Assembly (NCBI RefSeq): GCF_004010195.1
Contig: NC_057759.1
Span: forward strand, 5,609,725-5,673,724
Direction of reading: 5' to 3'
Length of the DNA: 64,000 nucleotides
From: Chiloscyllium plagiosum
Lineage: Eukaryota
Part shown: positions 1 to 11,725 of the stretch, one piece after another
Layout: each line of letters starts with the position of its first letter
How positions within the stretch are numbered: position 1 is the stretch's first letter
Program-made: the position numbers and the translations under genes
The notes under the pieces: model-generated
Seen by the model: the letters and a program-made list of their open reading frames with translations, nothing else
What the model was told of the DNA's origin: nothing
Database searches by the model: none

Positions 1-572
1 GTCAGGTATAGACAGGATAGATCGAGTGAATCCTGAGAAGAGTATAAAGGAAGTAGGAGACTACTTAAGAGGGAAAGAGACCTAAGGGACAACTTTTTCA
101 CACAGAGGGTGGTACGGGTATGGAATGAGCTGCCAGAGGAAGTGGTGGAGGCTGGTACAATTGCAACATTTAAGAGGCGTTTGGACGGGTATATGAATAA
201 GAAGGGTTTGGAGAAATATGGGCAGGGTGCTGGCAGTGGGACTAGATTGGGTTGGGATATCTGGTCGGCATGGACTGGTTGGAGCAAAGGGTCTGTTTCC
301 ATGTTGTACATCTCTATGACTCAATGAGACATATGGGGAGTTTTATTTTTAAACAAAGAGAGTGGTGGAAGTGGAACACACTGCCAGGGGTGGAGATGGA
401 GGAAGATAAAATAAGGGTATTGAAAGGACTTTTAGGTAAGCAAATGAATATGTCAGAAATGGAGGGTTATGGACTAAGGCCAGGCAGAAGGGATTAATTG
501 CATTTTGGCGGCATGTTCGGCACAACATGGTGGGCTGAAGGACCCATTCCTGTCCTGTACCGTTCGATGTTC
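1..572 (+). mobile_element. CR1-clade LINE fragments (ORF2 piece plus two 3' ends)
   Basis: Translates as VWNELPEEVVEAGTIATFKRRLDGYM, the CR1 ORF2 C-terminus, and ends in the CTCTATGACTC tail shared with other copies in the window. Confidence 0.85.
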
Positions 573-799
573 AGACTTTAATACAGTGTATATTTTGGAA
601 GAGAATTCATTCAAGTTGATTGAAACTGGGTAGGATGCATTTAGAGTATAGATTAAAAAATATAAACTTCCGTTTCCTCAGTGGTGTTTGATTCTTGTTT
701 TGAACATATCTCTCTGGGAATGGAGCTCAAAGCGAGTCTGACTCAATCCACTCTGTGACTGTGGAAAGCATGTTCTTCGCTCTGACAGCAGTAACATAC

Positions 800-881
800 C
801 CGCTGTTTGTTTGAAGCAGCTGGTCACACTTGCCTCAGTACCGAGGGAATATTACATTGTCTTGGTCCTTTGAGTACTTGC
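800..881 (-). other. 82-nt exon-like cassette, unit 1 copy b (in-frame TGA in the otherwise open frame)
   Basis: Minus strand reads tcttctgtctttctccAG|GCAAGTAC...AACAGCGG|GTATGT; paralogous to five other 82-nt copies. Confidence 0.55.
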
Positions 882-1299
882 CTGGAGAAAGACAGAAGAG
901 ATACCTCCTGTAATTCAACATCAGCTGTGATTGGCAACATCAATGTAACATTCAGATCCTCATCATTAAAGTTTTTTTTATTTAAAGCCAGCAATTTAAA
1001 CAGAACCATGGGTCTGATTCCACTCCTGCCCTGAGCTGTTTCTTGTCCATTTTTTCTTAAAATTTTAAGCCCAAAGGAATGAGATCCAGAAACGAAACAA
1101 CACCCATACAGCTCCATAAATGGGGCCTACCTGATGCAAGTGGGTATGTGGATATGTGAGTTTAGGTATTGATGTATACCTGTCAGTTCCTGCTTGGACA
1201 ATGTGTAAGTGTAGTTATCAAACTGTAACATTCATTATATGGTCAATATATTTCCATACTCACACTGCAAAGACTGGCAGGGTCCAATTGATAACTGTT

Positions 1300-2525
1300 G
1301 AATCATAAAAATAATACAACACAGAGGGGGCTATTCAGCCCATCTTGTCCATGCCAACCCAAAGACCCCAGATGCCGTTTCTCATCCCATCTTCTTGCCA
1401 CAGCCCATAGCTTTGCATTTAACGGAACTTGAGGTGCAGTTCAAGGAATTTTTGTTTAAAAGAGTTTATGGTCTTTGCCTGTACCACCAAATCAGGCAGC
1501 GAATTCCAGATACCCACCACTCTATGCATAAAAAAACATTTTCCTCACATATCATGTAATCCTACACCACTTCGTTTGAATCAATGATCCCTGGTGTTTG
1601 AACTCTCTGCCAAAGGAAACAGGTTCCTCCTGTGTACTCTAATCACTCCCTCTCACTATTTCGTGAAAAATCACACAACACCAGGTTATAGTTCAACAGG
1701 TATATTTGGAAGCACAAGCTTTCGGAGTTCTGCTCCTTCATTAGTAGCTCACTATTTAATATCCACTATTTAATATTCCTTAATCATGGCACCTCTGTTC
1801 CAAAGAATATAACCCCAACCTCTCCAATTCTCTCCCGATAGCTACAATTCACCAGCCCTGGCAACATTCCAGTAAATCTCCTCTGCACTCTCTATCCAGA
1901 GCAATGACATCCTTCCCGTGATGTGGTGACCTGACTGCACGCAATACTCCAGTTATAGCCTCACCAGTGCCTTATACAGTTTCATTGTTATATCCCTACT
2001 TTTGAATTCCATCCCTCTACCCATGAAGGAGAGCATTCCACGTGCCTTCTTTACAACCCCATCTACCTTTAGGGACCCATGCACTTACACACCAAGATCT
2101 CTCACTTACCCTGCCCCCTCAGTATATTCCCATTTATTGTCTATTGCCATTTACTGATTGATTTCCCAAAATGCATTCCCTCACAGTTCTCAGAGCTGAA
2201 CTCCATCTGCCACTTTCCTGCCCACTCCACCAAACCATCTATAATACTTTTCAAGATGACAGCTATCCTCTACACTATCCATTAAATGGCCAATTTTTGG
2301 GTCATCTGCAAATTTCACAAATCTGCCCACCACATTCAAGTCCAAATCCTTAATGTATAAAACTAAGAGCAGAGGTCTCAACACTGAGCCATGCAGAGCA
2401 CCACTTGAAACAACTTTCCATTCACAAGAGCAGCCATCAACCATTACCATTTGTTTCCTGTTACGAAGCCAACTTTGCGTCCAATTCACCACACTACCCT
2501 GTATCCCACAGCTTTTACTTTTTGA
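1300..2525 (-). mobile_element. Old degenerate CR1-clade LINE (RT region to 3' end)
   Basis: ORF 2190-2492 reads SWLRNRKQMVMVDG...GSVLRPLLLVLYIKDL...KFADD, which are RT motifs. Confidence 0.8.
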
Positions 2526-2721
2526 ACGAGTCTGCAGTGATGATGATGCTCCTTTAACAAGCCTGTAAAAAACACAGGCTCCGAAAAGTCTGACTTGATG
2601 GGTTTTAGGGACATTTTAATTATAGCTAACAGATAATGCCTCAGGCAAAAGGCTTCCACATTTTTAAAAAGAATACAAGGGGAGTGGCCCAGTTTTCCCA
2701 GCTCAGTTTTTCTCTGGTTTG

Positions 2722-2951
2722 AAGTTTGTGAGAAGACTTGTAGCTCGGGTGCTCGTTGTTGTGGTTTTGTTCGCCGAGCTGGGAATTTGTGTTGCAGACG
2801 TTTCGTCCCCTGTCTAGGTGACATCCTCAGTACTTGGGAGCCTCCTGTGAAGTGCTTCTGTGATCTTTGTTCTGGCATTTGTAGTGGTTTGAATCTGCTG
2901 CTTCCAGTTGTCAGTTCCAGCTGTCCGGTGCAGTGGTCGGTATATTGGGTC
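2722..2951 (-). mobile_element. Penelope-like element 3' terminal fragment with hammerhead motif
   Basis: Near-identical to 56947-57180, which is attached to a GIY-YIG C-terminal ORF; truncated by a gap. Confidence 0.75.
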
Positions 2952-3034
2952 NNNNNNNNNNNNNNNNNNNNNNNNNNNNNNNNNNNNNNNNNNNNNNNNN
3001 NNNNNNNNNNNNNNNNNNNNNNNNNNNNNNNNNN

Positions 3035-3197
3035 GTACAATTGCAACATTTAAGAGACATTTGGATGGGTATATGAATAGGAAGGGTTTGGAGGGATATG
3101 GGCCGGGTGTTGGCAGGTGGGACGAGATTGGGTTGGGATATCTGGTCGGCATGGACAGGTTGGACCGAAGGGTCTGTTTTCATCTCTATGACTCTAT
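3035..3197 (+). mobile_element. CR1 LINE 3' end
   Basis: TIATFKRHLDGYMNRKGLEGYG followed by the CTCTATGACTCTATG tail. Confidence 0.85.
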
Positions 3198-3480
3198 GTA
3201 GGGATTTATAGCATTTCTCAGTGTTACGCGAATACCTGTTAACCAGCAACTGTTAGCATGCTATATATGTGTCACTTTAACTTTGTATCTGTCATGTCCT
3301 TATTTGCACATTTTGCATTAACTCAACATCTGTCCATTCAGACTCTGCTCCTCTGTGTAATAGTCAATTAGCGTTACTTCAAGAGAGGTTTTATTCTGTA
3401 TCCATCAAGCACTGATGTAAGCAGTAATATGTTACGCTATTTGCCAGCCACTTAGAAATATTCCTGCAATCTGTGTCCCT

Positions 3481-3625
3481 AGGAGAAGTGAGGACTACAG
3501 ATGCTGAGGATGAGAGGGTTTATGCCTGAAACATCGAGATGAAGGGCTTATGCCCGATACATTGATTCTCCTGCTTCCCGGATGCTGGCTGACCTGGTGT
3601 GCTTTTCCAGCACCGCACTCTCGAC
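3481..3625. mobile_element. Penelope-like terminal repeat fragment with two tandem degenerate hammerhead cores
   Basis: Similar to 13140-13270 and 15264-15395; GATGA..GGG.TTATGCC.GA.ACAT occurs twice. Confidence 0.6.
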
Positions 3626-3876
3626 ACCAATCTGTGCCCGTCTGTTTCTGGGATGTAAAGCATTTTTGTAAACCCTATTTTACAGTCTTTACATGTCAGT
3701 ATGTTACTGGACTATAACTCAAACCTTTTTAAGTGTAACTTGTTTTACTCGGTAATTTTCATCCATTGACATAAGAATGTGTTTCATGTAGTGTCTACAA
3801 CTTTGAATGTACCAGATACCACTTTGGACAGACACAGGTAGGACTCACTACCCTTCACTCCTATACCCTATGAATA

Positions 3877-3958
3877 TCAGCTTCTGCACACAGACAGCCA
3901 CCCAAGGCTAGAATCGAACCTGGGACCCTGTTGCTGTGAGGCTGCAGTGCTAACCACT
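3877..3958 (-). mobile_element. HE1-like tRNA-derived V-SINE, partial (runs into gap)
   Basis: Reverse complement reads AGTGGTTAGCACTGCAGCCTCACAGC..., matching the SINE at 24751. Confidence 0.75.
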
Positions 3959-4479
3959 NNNNNNNNNNNNNNNNNNNNNNNNNNNNNNNNNNNNNNNNNN
4001 NNNNNNNNNNNNNNNNNNNNNNNNNNNNNNNNNNNNNNNNNNNNNNNNNNNNNNNNNNNNNNNNNNNNNNNNNNNNNNNNNNNNNNNNNNNNNNNNNNNN
4101 NNNNNNNNNNNNNNNNNNNNNNNNNNNNNNNNNNNNNNNNNNNNNNNNNNNNNNNNNNNNNNNNNNNNNNNNNNNNNNNNNNNNNNNNNNNNNNNNNNNN
4201 NNNNNNNNNNNNNNNNNNNNNNNNNNNNNNNNNNNNNNNNNNNNNNNNNNNNNNNNNNNNNNNNNNNNNNNNNNNNNNNNNNNNNNNNNNNNNNNNNNNN
4301 NNNNNNNNNNNNNNNNNNNNNNNNNNNNNNNNNNNNNNNNNNNNNNNNNNNNNNNNNNNNNNNNNNNNNNNNNNNNNNNNNNNNNNNNNNNNNNNNNNNN
4401 NNNNNNNNNNNNNNNNNNNNNNNNNNNNNNNNNNNNNNNNNNNNNNNNNNNNNNNNNNTTGAGAGAGTCGATACCAACC

Positions 4480-4980
4480 TGTCCCTGTCAGTTTCTTCCC
4501 TGTCAATATGTGAATACAGTTCTTGATCAGTCCTCATCAACTTCTGCTCTATGAATATGGGTGTATTAATCAAACTGTAGCTGTCAGTTTCAGCGATGTG
4601 AATGTGGGAGTACAGTTATCATTCTCTACCTGTCAATTTCTTCTTTGTCAAAGTGAGTGTAATTCAATCTGTACCTTTCAGACTCTGCTGCGTGAATACA
4701 TAAATATAGTTATCAATCTGCAGCTGTCAGTTTCTGCTTGGCGAATACGTTTAAGTAATTGTCAATCTATCCCTGCTATGTGAATGTGAGAGCTGAATTT
4801 TCATCTGTTGCTATCAACTTCTGCTTTGTGAACGTGAGAGTTGAGTGATCAATCTTTCCCTGTCAGGCTCTGTAATTCCAGTGTTTTGAGTGTATTTACT
4901 CATCTTTTCCTGTCAGTTTGTGTGACTGTAGTTTTCAGCCTGTACCCCTCAGATTCTGCTATATGAACATAAGACTGCAG
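4480..4980 (+). repeat. Degenerate 47-49 bp tandem repeat (unit 1 array; continues at about 6170-6430 and 7210-7520)
   Basis: Recurring TATCAATCTGTACCTGTCAGTTTCTGCT.TGTGAA units. Confidence 0.75.
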
Positions 4981-4999
4981 TTATTCATTTAATTTGATC

Positions 5000-5530
5000 A
5001 TTGTTACCACATGTCCGGAGATAAATTGAAAAGTATTGTTTTGTGCACCTTACAGGGAGATCATCTCATCCAAGGTCCATCAAGGTAATAGAACAGAATC
5101 CAGAATACAGTGTTAAAGCTGCAGAGAAGCTGCAGAGATTAGCATCAAAATGTAAGGTCCATTCAAAAGTCTAATAGTAGCGGAGAAGCAGTTGTTGAAT
5201 CTGTTGGATGGTGTATTCAAACTTCTGTATTTTCTACCTGACAGACCAGGGTGGAGGAGCGTATAACTGGGGTCGGATGGGTCTTTCATGTTGTTGGTTG
5301 CTTTCCCGAGACAGGGGGAAGTAGAAATGAAGCCTTTGGATGGAAGGCTGCTTTCAGTGATGGACTGGGCTGAGTCACAACTCTCTGGTAGTTTCTTGTG
5401 GTCTTGGGCAGAACAGGAGCCATACTACACTGTGACACATCCAAATAGGATGCTTTCTGTGGTGCATCTATAAAAATTTGCAAGAGTCTTTATGGACATG
5501 CTGAATTCCCTTAGCCATCCGAGGAAGTCT
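5000..5530 (-). mobile_element. Rex1/Babar-like non-LTR retrotransposon 3' fragment (paralog about 60500-61020, plus)
   Basis: Minus-strand frame gives RxLRxFSMS...FYRCTTESILxGCxTxWYG...QDxKKLxRV, typical of the Rex1-type RT C-terminal region. Confidence 0.65.
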
Positions 5531-5544
5531 GCTTAGTGAATGTC

Positions 5545-6165
5545 ACAGAGTCATAGTCATAGAGATGTACAGCACGGAAACAGACCCTTCGGTCCAACTT
5601 GTCCATGGCAACTAGATATCCCAATCCAATCCAGTCCCACCTGCCAGCACCCAGCCCATATCTCTCCAAATACTTCCTATTCATATACACATCTAGATGC
5701 CTTTTAAATGCTGCAATTGTACCAGCCTCCACCACTTTCTCCTGGCAGGTCATTCCATACAAGTACCACCCTCTGCATGAAAACGTGCCCCTTAGGTCTC
5801 TTTTATATCGTTCCCCTCTCACCCTAAACCTATGCCCTCTAGTTCTAGACTCCCCCACTCCAGGGAAAAGACTTTGTCTATTTATCCTATCCATGTCCCT
5901 CATGATTTTATAAACGTATATAATGTCACCCCCCAGCCTCCAATGCTCCAGGGAAAATTCAACCTCAAGCCAATTCAACCTCTCCTGATAGCTCAAATCC
6001 TCCAAACCTGGCAACATCCTTGTAAATTGTTTCTGAACCCTTTTAAGATTCACAATATCATTCCTATAGGAAGGAGACCAGAATTGCATGCAATATTCCA
6101 ACAGTGGCCTAACCAATGTCCTGTACAGCTGCAAGGTGACCTCCCTACAACTGTACTCAATACTG
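5545..6165 (-). mobile_element. CR1 LINE, 5'-truncated
   Basis: ORF LYRTLVRPLLEYCMQFWSP...; absent from the paralogous arm. Confidence 0.9.
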
Positions 6166-6434
6166 AATGTGTTTGGGTAATTGTCAATCTAAGTCTGCCA
6201 GGTACTGCTATGTGAATATGAGAACTTACTTTTTAACAGTCTGTCAGTTTTTGCTTCATGAATGTTTTGTTTAGTTCAGAACCCTTCCCGGTCAGGCTCT
6301 GTAATGTAAACATGAGTGCATTTATCAATGTTTGCCTGACAGAATTTCTTTTGTGAACATGTGAATGTGGTTATCAATTTTCCCTGGTAGTTTCTGCTCT
6401 GTGAATATGAAAATGTAGTTATTAATCTCTAAAT

Positions 6435-7210
6435 GAAAACCAAAAGAACTGCAGATGCTGGAAATCAGAAACTAAAACAAATTGCTGGAAGATCTCAGCA
6501 GGTCTGACAGAGTCTGTGGACAGAAATTAGAGTTAAAATTTCTAGTCTAGTAACCCTTCCTGTGAAGAGATGGTAGCCAGGAAAATATTAGATTTTCTGC
6601 AGAAGATAGGGTGTGTTGAAGGGTAAGGGAGTAAATGGTGGATGGATATAGAATCCAAAGAGCGGAAAGAACAGTTGAACAGATAAACTAGTGGATCACA
6701 GTCAGACGAGGATGGTAATAGCTATTAATAGAGACTGTTAGTGAGTTTTGGTGTACAATAGAAGACCCTATGATAACACTGTGTGGTGAGAGGGGTTTTG
6801 GGTAATGATACGGGAGAGCTCTAGCTCTAAAGTTGTAGAATTCAATATTGAGTCCAGAAGGCTGTCGAGTTCCCAAGTAGAAAATGAGGTGCTGTTCTTC
6901 CAGCTTGTAGTGAACTTTGCTGGAGCACTGCAGCAAGCCTGAGACAGAGATGTTGGCCAGGGTACAGGGTGGTGTGTTGAAGTGGCATGCAACTAGAAGC
7001 TCAGGGACATTTTTTTTCTGAACAGAATGTAGGTGTTCTGCACAGTGGACACCCAATCTACACTCAGTTTCCCCAGCATAGAGAAGACCAAATGGTAGCT
7101 AGGAAAATGCACATTATCAGTTCTGAGGAGGGGTCACTAGACCTCAAATGTTAAGTCGGATTTCCCTCCATAAATGCTGCCAAACCTGTGGATTTTTCAG
7201 GCAATTTTTG
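6435..7210 (-). mobile_element. Penelope-like element fragment (GIY-YIG C-terminus); paralog about 59490-60210
   Basis: VACHFNT...LEEQHLIFYLGTRQPSGLNIEF, with degenerate hammerhead-like terminal repeats on both sides. Confidence 0.8.
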
Positions 7211-7564
7211 TTATTAATTTCTACCTGTCAGTTTCTGTGCTGCAAACATGAGTGTCATTATCATACTGTAATGTCAATTTACGCAATTTGAAACAGGGAG
7301 TGTTATTAATCTGTTCCAATAAATTTTGATGATGCGAATGGAGCTATCAATCTTCCTCTGAAATGTCTTGCCATGTGCACATGTGTATGATTGACCAATC
7401 TGTCCGTGTTATATTCTGCTCTGTGTAACATAAGAGTTTTGGAATTGATCTATACTTGTCAGTTTCTGCTGTGTGACTGTGAGAGTCAAGTACTCAATCA
7501 GTGCCAACTATTTTCAACTCTTTTATGTATGAAAGTTGCTTAATTCTCTAGCAGCCAATAATAT

Positions 7565-7775
7565 TCTAAGAGTCCAATCATCACCAGGAAATTATGGTTG
7601 ATTGTCAGGAAAACCCATCTGGTTCACGAATGTCCTGTAAGGAAACTGCCATCCTTGTGTCTCCAGATCCGCAACAATGTGGTTGACTCATAACTACCCC
7701 CTGAGCAGTTAGGGATGGGCAATAAATACTGGCTTAGCCAGTGATGCCCTCATCCCATGAATGAATTTAGGAAAA
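7565..7775 (+). mobile_element. SINE/LINE 3'-tail repeat (paralog about 58710-58930; related tails at about 12340-12590 and 52270-52410)
   Basis: GGGCAATAAAT.CTGGC.TAGCCAG.GA.GCC..CATCCC tail recurs in the window; family not assigned. Confidence 0.55.
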
Positions 7776-8937
7776 AGAATCCTCTGTGACTGAGATTCAT
7801 TCTGTGATAGTAGATTTTAAGGGTTTTGTTATTGGGCCTTAAACTCGTCTGCATTTTGTGATTTATGACAGAGCCACAGAATTGATACAGCCATTCAGCC
7901 CATTGTGTCTGCACTGGAACACTCTGTTGTTCATCTGTTCTCCATACTAATTTCCACTAACTGTTGGGCATCTGAACTTCATCCACTCACTACCAGTATC
8001 TCAAGGTAAATGCTAACGTGAGATTAGTTCTGCAGTATTCTGCCATTGAATAACTATAGTGTCAGTTTGGTTTTGTATGCAACAGCATCAGGTGGAGTTT
8101 GAGAATCTCATTCTCTTTACACGTTGAGTTGTATTTGTTTGGTCTGAGTGTTGGATAAACTCGATCAATATTCACTAACACTGAAGGATTAATGTTGGTT
8201 CTATGTTTACCTTTTGCCACGAATCTGAATGTTATTGTTTTCTGACTTTTTAACATTTTGTGTATGCAGGAGCCTTTACCAGTTGCTGCTGGACACTGTA
8301 AAATGTAACATCTAACACTAACTGAAGTAATTAATAGTTTGGTGAGTCAATTTATAACTGTCCATATTTGGAAATACCTGGGCCTAAATTTCATTCTTTT
8401 TTCCCCTTTCACCATTATCTGGCTGAGTGCGAGTGAGTTTCCTGTTGTGCTTCCAATCTGTATCACTTGAAAGGAGCGGTATTGGTCTATACCACACTGA
8501 CATTTTCTGTCTGTCTATCTCCTTACGTTTCCAGTTCTGCATGTCATGATCTGATACACGGATGTAGGTTTAATGCCTTATAAATCAGTGTTTCATCCAT
8601 TAAGATGTATGGAAATGCTTCTGCATTACTCAGGCCCTCAACCAGAATTGGGAGTGTGGATAAAGTGTCTTTGCACCAGGCTGAGTGTTAGAACTGAATT
8701 CAATCGATCAATCTCTGATCCTTGATAACAATGTGGTCCTTATTCTTGGTTATTGTATTTCACAGTGGTTCAGTGTCGTCTAAATTGAAACATGTCACTT
8801 TTAGTAACTGCAAGCACAATTAATGGTTTAAATTTCTGCTACCTGACATGAATGAGGTTTTATCCATTGCCACTGGAGTCAGCTCCCATCAGTGAAAGTG
8901 GATGTGTTTCTATATCTGCTAATATTTGACCTCGTAC

Positions 8938-9147
8938 ATAGAGTCATAGAGATGTACAACATGGAAGCAGACCCTTCAGTCCAACCTGTCCATGCCGACC
9001 AGATATCCCAACCCTATCTAGTCCCACCTGCCAGCACCCAGCCCATATCCCTCCAAACCCTTCCTATTCATATACCCATCCAAATGCCTCTTAAATGTTG
9101 CAATTGTACCAGCCTCCACCACTTCCTTTGGCAGCTCATTCCATACG
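8938..9147 (-). mobile_element. CR1 LINE 3' end
   Basis: VWNELPKEVVEAGTIATFKRHLDG; absent from the paralogous arm. Confidence 0.85.
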
Positions 9148-10825
9148 TAGTTGGATAATGTCCAGAGTCTATGTTCTTTAGTTTTAGAGTCCATGGATCC
9201 TATAGGCAGGTGAACATGCAACATATTACAGCAGCAAAGCATCTGTGCTTTTCTTCAGAATCAAGGGGAGAAAAGCAATAGACTTTTGTAATTCCTATAG
9301 TGCAGAGTCTAACCAGGAACAGTCTGGTTTTCAGGATGCTATCAGTTTTTGCATTGTGACATATTTTACCAATGAATTAATGATCAGTATTAACCGAATC
9401 AATTTGCAACTAAGTGAACACTTCAACTGCATTGCAGCTGACTTAAGACAACGTTCCTTGTGCCGAGAAGAGAATTGGTCAGTTCTATTTTATTTAATAA
9501 TCTGGAAAGGATCTGGTGCAAGCCATTAGCAGTATTCTTGTTGCTCTCTGGTAGGGCAGGGGAAAACAAAAGGTCTTTTATCTTCCACTATCGGTGAAGA
9601 ATATTTAAACAGTCAAATTCAATTTATTGAACAATCAACTCTTGGTGGTTAAAATAAAGGAGCAGCTTGACAAACCTATTAATTTTAGCTTTATCTTTCT
9701 TTCTGCACTGCTTTAAATAGTAATAATCTGATTCCATTGATCCCTTGATAAAACTATATCCTGATTCTTGATGTTTTTTTTAGGTTAATGAAGAGACAGT
9801 CAAGAGGAATTCTTCAAAGATTTCTTGAAACAAATTTTGAAAGACACAATAATAATAAAAACTTTCTTTTTGGACTGAAAAAAAATCCTACAAAATGATG
9901 AAATGGAGAATGGCATTATGACACAGATGGGGATGACAACTTCTCTGCTCCCATGAAAAATCTATGGAAATGGAATACTCATTGAGTTAACAATTTTAAT
10001 CCCTTTCAATCAGCTGTGTTGTTATAGACTGTTTTTGATCAGTGCAGACTTAATAATTTGAATAGATGTATTCTGTGCTGTAGATCTCTTTGACTAGAGA
10101 TCTGAGGAGAAATCAGTTTGATAAATGTTTTCTGCTAGTTGTGGTGTATATGGATCTTCATCACTGTTAGATGTTGTAATGTGTATTTCAGGATGGTGTA
10201 TGAATTTGCAACTATTGTTAATCAGTCAGTAGCTCTGTGGGAGATAGAATGCTGTGCGCACGCGCAAGCACACTTATGGGGGTGGGATGGAGATGGTGGT
10301 TGTGGGCACTCTCTCGACATCAGGCTTTGGCCCACAGGTTCATTCGGAATTTACATAGTTTAATTGTTGTGTCTTTTCCAGGACAATGATTTATCAAAAA
10401 TGTAATTTTGACTTTCTCAGTTACTGAAAATATCAAAGTTTCTTTCTGCATCTGCACCCAATATCTTCTTCATATATCCTTGTTGTAACAATGTAACAGC
10501 ATGACTTGTTTGTTCACCTTGATTGTAACTTTAAACTTGCCTTTACTACATGTGGATTAATGTAATTCCTGAAAGTATATTTCATATGAGGTTACAGTCT
10601 ATCCCTCTTCTGATGTTGCAAATGATATCTGGCTATGCATAATGGAATTTATTGAAACTGAGCTGTTGTGCATTGGTATAAAGAGAAATTTTAAAAAATA
10701 TTTCATTAGTTGTGCCTGACTCTTGGATTGAATGCATACTTCTGGAAATTGAGCTCAATGTGTATCTGACTCAATCCACTCTGACTGTGGAAAGGATGTT
10801 CTCCAATCTGACAACTGTAACATAC

Positions 10826-10907
10826 CTGCTGGTTGGTAGAAGCAGATGATCATACTTAGCTTTGTACTGAGGAAATATTACATCATCTTGGTCCATCAAA
10901 CATTTGC
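10826..10907 (-). other. 82-nt exon-like cassette, unit 1 copy a
   Basis: ctcttttcttcctctAG|GCAAATGT...ACCAGCAG|GTATGT. Confidence 0.55.
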
Positions 10908-11487
10908 CTAGAGGAAGAAAAGAGTGATATCATCATTTCTGAGTAGAAAGACATCAACTGATCAACGCAACATTCAGGTCATGATCATGATACTTCTGTT
11001 TTTAAACAGAGCAAAGTCTGGTTCCAAAGCAATACTGATCTCCTCCCAATCTTTTGCTGTTTGCGAAATACTGAAACAGTTTACTCAGATGAAAGAAAAC
11101 TAACCAACATATGCACAGCTCCAAAACTAGAATGATTACACAGTTCAATGTTCAGCTCCCAAAAATAAACACGAACTGTTGAAGGAAGAACAGCTGTCAC
11201 TATCACATTTAGATACACTGCCCTTTATTTCCCAATAATTCAAAGTCTATTCGCAACAAACAGCGGGAAACAGAAGCCAAACAATGAATTCCCACCAGTG
11301 TTTAGGGGATTGCAAACCCCAAGAATGTCCCACAGCAGCTTCTTCCCGCTCTGCCTCCCTCAGCAGGCCCACACACAGCCCGAGAAAGGCCTCTCTCTTC
11401 CCCCCAGCCCGCTCACTCCAAGTTCCGGGACCAGTTCCTGCTCCGCTCGGCCTCTTACAAACAGCCCCCGGTTCCCCCTGAACTCAC

Positions 11488-11725
11488 CCCGAATCAATCC
11501 CGGTCTCCCATCCCGATGTGCTGCTGGAAGGAGCCTGCTGTTCCCTCGCTTCCCTGGGCGCTGATCTCTCCATTGCGGTCTGTTTCAAACAAACCTCTTG
11601 CACTCACTGAGTAAATGCCCCTCAATGGCAGCGCTGGGGGAGGGTCTCACGCATGCGCTCCTCTGGACAGGAACAATCAGCTTTGGGGGAGGCGAGCGTG
11701 CGATGAGGCATTGCGCATGCGATGT
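11488..11725 (-). promoter_or_regulatory. CpG-rich promoter with NRF1-type motifs plus putative first exon ending at a GG|GTGAGT donor (unit 1)
   Basis: CGCATGCGC at 11650-11658 and TGCGCATGCG at 11712-11721; donor at 11482-11487; conserved in three copies. Confidence 0.6.

Noticed and set aside
921-966. C/D-box snoRNA-like pattern ATGATGA...CTGA...TGATG...CTGA (minus) upstream of the 82-nt cassette
   Set aside because: Only about 46 nt long and about 40 nt from the acceptor; the boxes are not conserved in the five paralogs (ATGATTA/ATGATCA, D box often lost).
3877-4573. Long ORFs spanning N runs (also 2486-3249, 41163-41639 N-terminus, 53399-54495)
   Set aside because: Artefacts of translating through assembly gaps.
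8780-8900. GTPase-like words (GADSSG, VTKSD) on the minus strand, and a TIR-like VFLSYSGED near 34900
   Set aside because: Wrong spacing, interrupted by stops, and the TIR-like word is not conserved in the paralogs; treated as chance.
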